The notes under the pieces were generated by a model. The model made no database searches. It saw only the letters and a program-made list of their open reading frames with translations, and was not told the DNA's origin. This document shows, piece after piece, positions 54,631 to 64,000 of a stretch of DNA of 64,000 bases (position 1 is the stretch's first letter; every line of letters begins with the position of its first letter). The stretch lies in the NCBI RefSeq assembly GCF_009914755.1, contig NC_060926.1. One strand, written 5' to 3'. The position numbers and the translations under genes are program-made. This stretch comes from the human T2T-CHM13v2.0 reference genome, Homo sapiens.

Positions 54631-55642
54631 TGAAGGGGTGGCCAGCCCCTCCACATTTGTGGGTATTTCTAGTCAGGTGGGATGAGAGACTGAGAAAAGA
54701 AATAAGACACAGAGTCAAAGTATAGAGAAAGAAAAGTGGGCCCAGGGGACTGGCGCTCAGCATACCAAGGACGTGCACCAGCACCGGACTCTGAGTTCCC
54801 TCAGTTTTTATTGATTATTATTTTCATTATCTCAGCAAGAGGAATGCGGTAGGAGAGCAGGGTGATAATAGGGAGAAGGTCAGCAAAAAAACATGTGAGC
54901 AGAAGAATCTGTGTCATAATTAAGTTCAAGGGGAGGTACTATGCCTGGATGTGCACGTAGGCCAGATTTATGTTTCTCTCTGCCCAAACATCTCAGTGGA
55001 GTAAAGAACAATAAAGCAGCATTGCTGCCAACATGTCTTGCCTCCTGCCATAAGGTGGTTTTTCTCCTATCTCAGAATTGAACAAATGTAAAATCGGGTA
55101 TTATACTGAGACATTCAGTTCCCTGGGGCAGGCAGGAGACAGTGGCCTTCCTCTATCTCAACTGCAAGAGGCTTTCCTGTTTTACTAATCCACCTCAGCA
55201 CAGACCCTTTACGGGTGTTGGGCTTGGGGATGGTCAGGTCTTTCTCATTCCATGAGGCCATATTTCAGACTATCACATGTGGAGAATCCTTGGACAATAC
55301 CCGGCTTTCCAGGGCAGAGGTCCCTGCGGCTTTCCGCAGTGCATTGTGCCCCTGGTTTATCGAGACTAGAGAATGGCGATGACTTTTACCAAGCATACTG
55401 CTTGTAAACATTTTGTTAACAAGGCACATCCTGCACAGCCCTAGATCCCTTAAACCTTGATTCCATACAACACATGTTTTTGTGATCTCAAGGTGGGGGC
55501 AAAGTGATTGGGGCAAAGTTACAGATTAACAGCATCTCAGGGCAAAGCAATTGTTCAAGGTATAGGTCAAAATGGAATTTCTTATGTCTTCCCTTTCTAC
55601 ATAGACACAGTAACAGTCTGATCTCTCTTCCTTTTCCCTACA
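54631..55642 (-). mobile_element. HERV-K(HML-2) solo LTR, LTR5A/5B type
   Basis: 1012 bp; minus strand starts tgtagggaaaaggaagagagatcagactgttactgtgtctatgtagaaag; 5-bp TSD aaata. Confidence 0.92.
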
Positions 55643-55712
55643 AAATAGAAATGATCGTTAGCAACAGAAGAAAACTAAAACAAATAACTTATTTTTTTAA
55701 AGTAACATATTG

Positions 55713-56400
<688 letters not shown>

Positions 56401-56774
56401 TGCAGCAGCGTATTATGCTTATGCTTAGGATTTAGGCTGAACTACCATTTAAAATGGTATCCTTTCACTCTTCCTTTCCTAAGATTCCACATAGATATTG
56501 TAGAGAAGTCCAAACTCAACAACATTTGTTTACATTACTAAGGTCTTTAAAATTTTAAATAGATTTAAGTATTTACCTTAACCAAAACTAAATGCCTAGA
56601 GACTTGTCTCTACAGAAAATGAGCTTAATTCATATTTTTCTCAAACACTTGCCAAAACCTTAAACTTAAACCCATTTTCAATGCAAGTAGTGGCTAACTT
56701 TTTTGGTGCATATCTTTTTGCCTTTTTGCCATTTCCTTAGCCAGATGTGCCTATTTTTTTTTTTTTATTTTTGA

Positions 56775-57032
<258 letters not shown>

Positions 57033-58606
57033 TGAGCCACTGTGCCCAGTTGTGCCTATATTTTTAAAAGATTAAAGGTTTATCTGAAATAAAGAGAAAC
57101 TACAGGATTTTGTTCTGAGATTCAGTCAAGACCTGGTAAGACAGATAATTCAGAGCAAGCTTTGATCTTATCAATGTTTATATCAGCTGAAAGAAACACT
57201 CGCACACTCAGAGAGTCTTCCCTAGTGATTAAAGAATTTAATTTTCATTCACAATTCACAGTAAGGAATTGTTGAAAGAAAATACTGGATTTCAATATAG
57301 CATTTTCTCCTTTTTTGTTGTTTTAATGGCATAATATGCTATGTGTGAGGTCAACATGAGGAGAGACAAAAAGAACAAGTTTATAAATGTGGTTATATTG
57401 ACCCCTAACCTAGGAAAAAATGACAATATTGACATTAAAATTTGCATTGTTTGCCTCTGGCTTTCATGGGAATTTTTTTGTTTGTTTTTTTGTTTTTGTT
57501 TGGTTTTTTTGTTTGTTTTTTACAGTTGGTATGCCATTTTTAATGTTACCTATAACTAGCATTAGAATTGTATGGGAGCTTTTGTTTCTTTTGTTTTGGA
57601 GGATGTGATTCTTAAAATGAAATTAATTTTTTTAGAACTTAAAATATATCAAGGCAAGGACATTTCTAAGAGTAATACTGGAAAAGAACAGTTAATCGGT
57701 GAATTCACCAGTAAGTTTAAGTCAATTAAAAATTAACTTAGCACATTATATGTTCATAGCACTCTGTGGACCAGTAGGGAATACAAAAATGAAAAAATCC
57801 TGACACTGTTTTATCAGTGAAAAGAGACAAGTCATTAACTTACTAAAATGTACGGCAGAGTAATGTATGTGCTAAATTATGACATATACAATAAAGTCTG
57901 TGGGAACCAAAGGATATGTCAATGAGTTCCAATAAAGGTTCAGGGACATCTTCAGAGAGGACAGAACAGTGGAATTTTTTAATTTAAATGTTATGGGGCA
58001 TGGTAGGAAATTCCAGGTGGCCAGATGATTTGACTAAATGCATGGTAGTTAGAATGTGTTGGCTCTATTCATGAAACAATGAATTCCATATGTCTGGGAC
58101 ATTAGGTACTGGTGTCAACATGGAAGAAAATTGTGGGGGCAAAGGAGAAAAAGGAGAAATGGGAATTTCTGTCTACATCATGCCAAGCATTATAATTTTA
58201 CTTTCTAGACCAAGAAGATATTTTTATGTTTTTTTTTGAGCAGACAAGTGACAAAGTGAGATATTTATGCTTTAGAAAGGTTAGTTGTATCAAAATGTAG
58301 AAAATATTTTAAGAAATAAGAAATAAAGACTGTATGGCAAACTTTGAGATATTTTAAAAATAGGCTAAATTAAGAGCCTAAACTAGAAAAATATTTTTCT
58401 AAGAGAAATAATGTGTTGGTACTATTAAACATGATAGGGGAAAATTGATGGGAATCAGTGACTAATTAAACATGAGATGTAAGGAAATGAAATAATTTGA
58501 TAGAATTCTGAGGTTTTAAGCCTGGGTAACTGGGAGAATGGTGATGCATTTTGCAGAGGTAGGAAATGTTGAAGATACAACTGATTTTTGAAGACTAGTA
58601 ATTTTA

Positions 58607-60086
<1,480 letters not shown>

Positions 60087-60462
60087 TATGCACACATATG
60101 CAGGGGCATGCAGAGAGGGCAATTCCTGTGTTCCAGGCACTGCTTTATGCTTGATAAATCTGTTATTCACCCTCACTACAATCTTACCCAGAGACAGGCA
60201 CCATTATTTTCCCCATTTCACAAATAAATAAACTGAACACAGGTAATTTATGTAACTTGCCTAAGATCACATAACTAGAAAAGAGAGAAAAGAAATTTAA
60301 GCTGATTATAGAGCTCTTTCTATTAACGATTATGATATACTCTGTAATGTTATTTCTAGCTTTGATCATTTTATGAAGGAAAATAAAATAGATTAACAAA
60401 ATTCAAAAATCTTTAACATAAAATTATAAAAGAACTTGATTAACGTTATAAAGTGAGGGATA

Positions 60463-63840
<3,378 letters not shown>

Positions 63841-64000
63841 TTTGTGTCTGCGATAATATTTTGTCTTCAGCAAAATTCTATTATTGACCTTAATACATAG
63901 AACCTTATTTGTCTGCATGTCTGGTTTGTGAGCAGAGATTATTTTGAGTCCTCAAAACCTAGAGCAGTGCAGTTGTAAAAGGCTTTGACTGAAGTCTTAA

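Overview
Human/primate repeat-rich genomic DNA. The one recognisable host gene is a minus-strand ANKRD30-family locus that I recognise from memory as ANKRD30BL. It has a CpG-island promoter (~40.9-42.7 kb) and six spliceable coding exons (41325 to 27742) totalling 777 nt, i.e. 258 aa plus stop. A near full-length but decayed HERV-I/IP (LTR10-type) provirus (19041-27744) sits inside exon 7 in the sense orientation. Its LTR supplies the stop codon and probably the 3' UTR and polyA signal. The exons stranded downstream of the provirus are decayed (stop codon, Alu insertion, frameshifts, lost donor), and exon 5 has lost its GT donor. The rest is L1, Alu, MaLR, MER61, LTR5, Tigger, MER58 and a U6 pseudogene. 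Less expected is a series of short, locally templated or fold-back insertions across the window (8602, 24821, 26705, 29861, 43030, 43307, 45133) and a 21-bp-phased MYB/E-box array beside an NRF1 site in the promoter. Most entries in the ORF track are repeat-derived artefacts. Repeat subfamily names are from memory of consensus sequences and were not searched.
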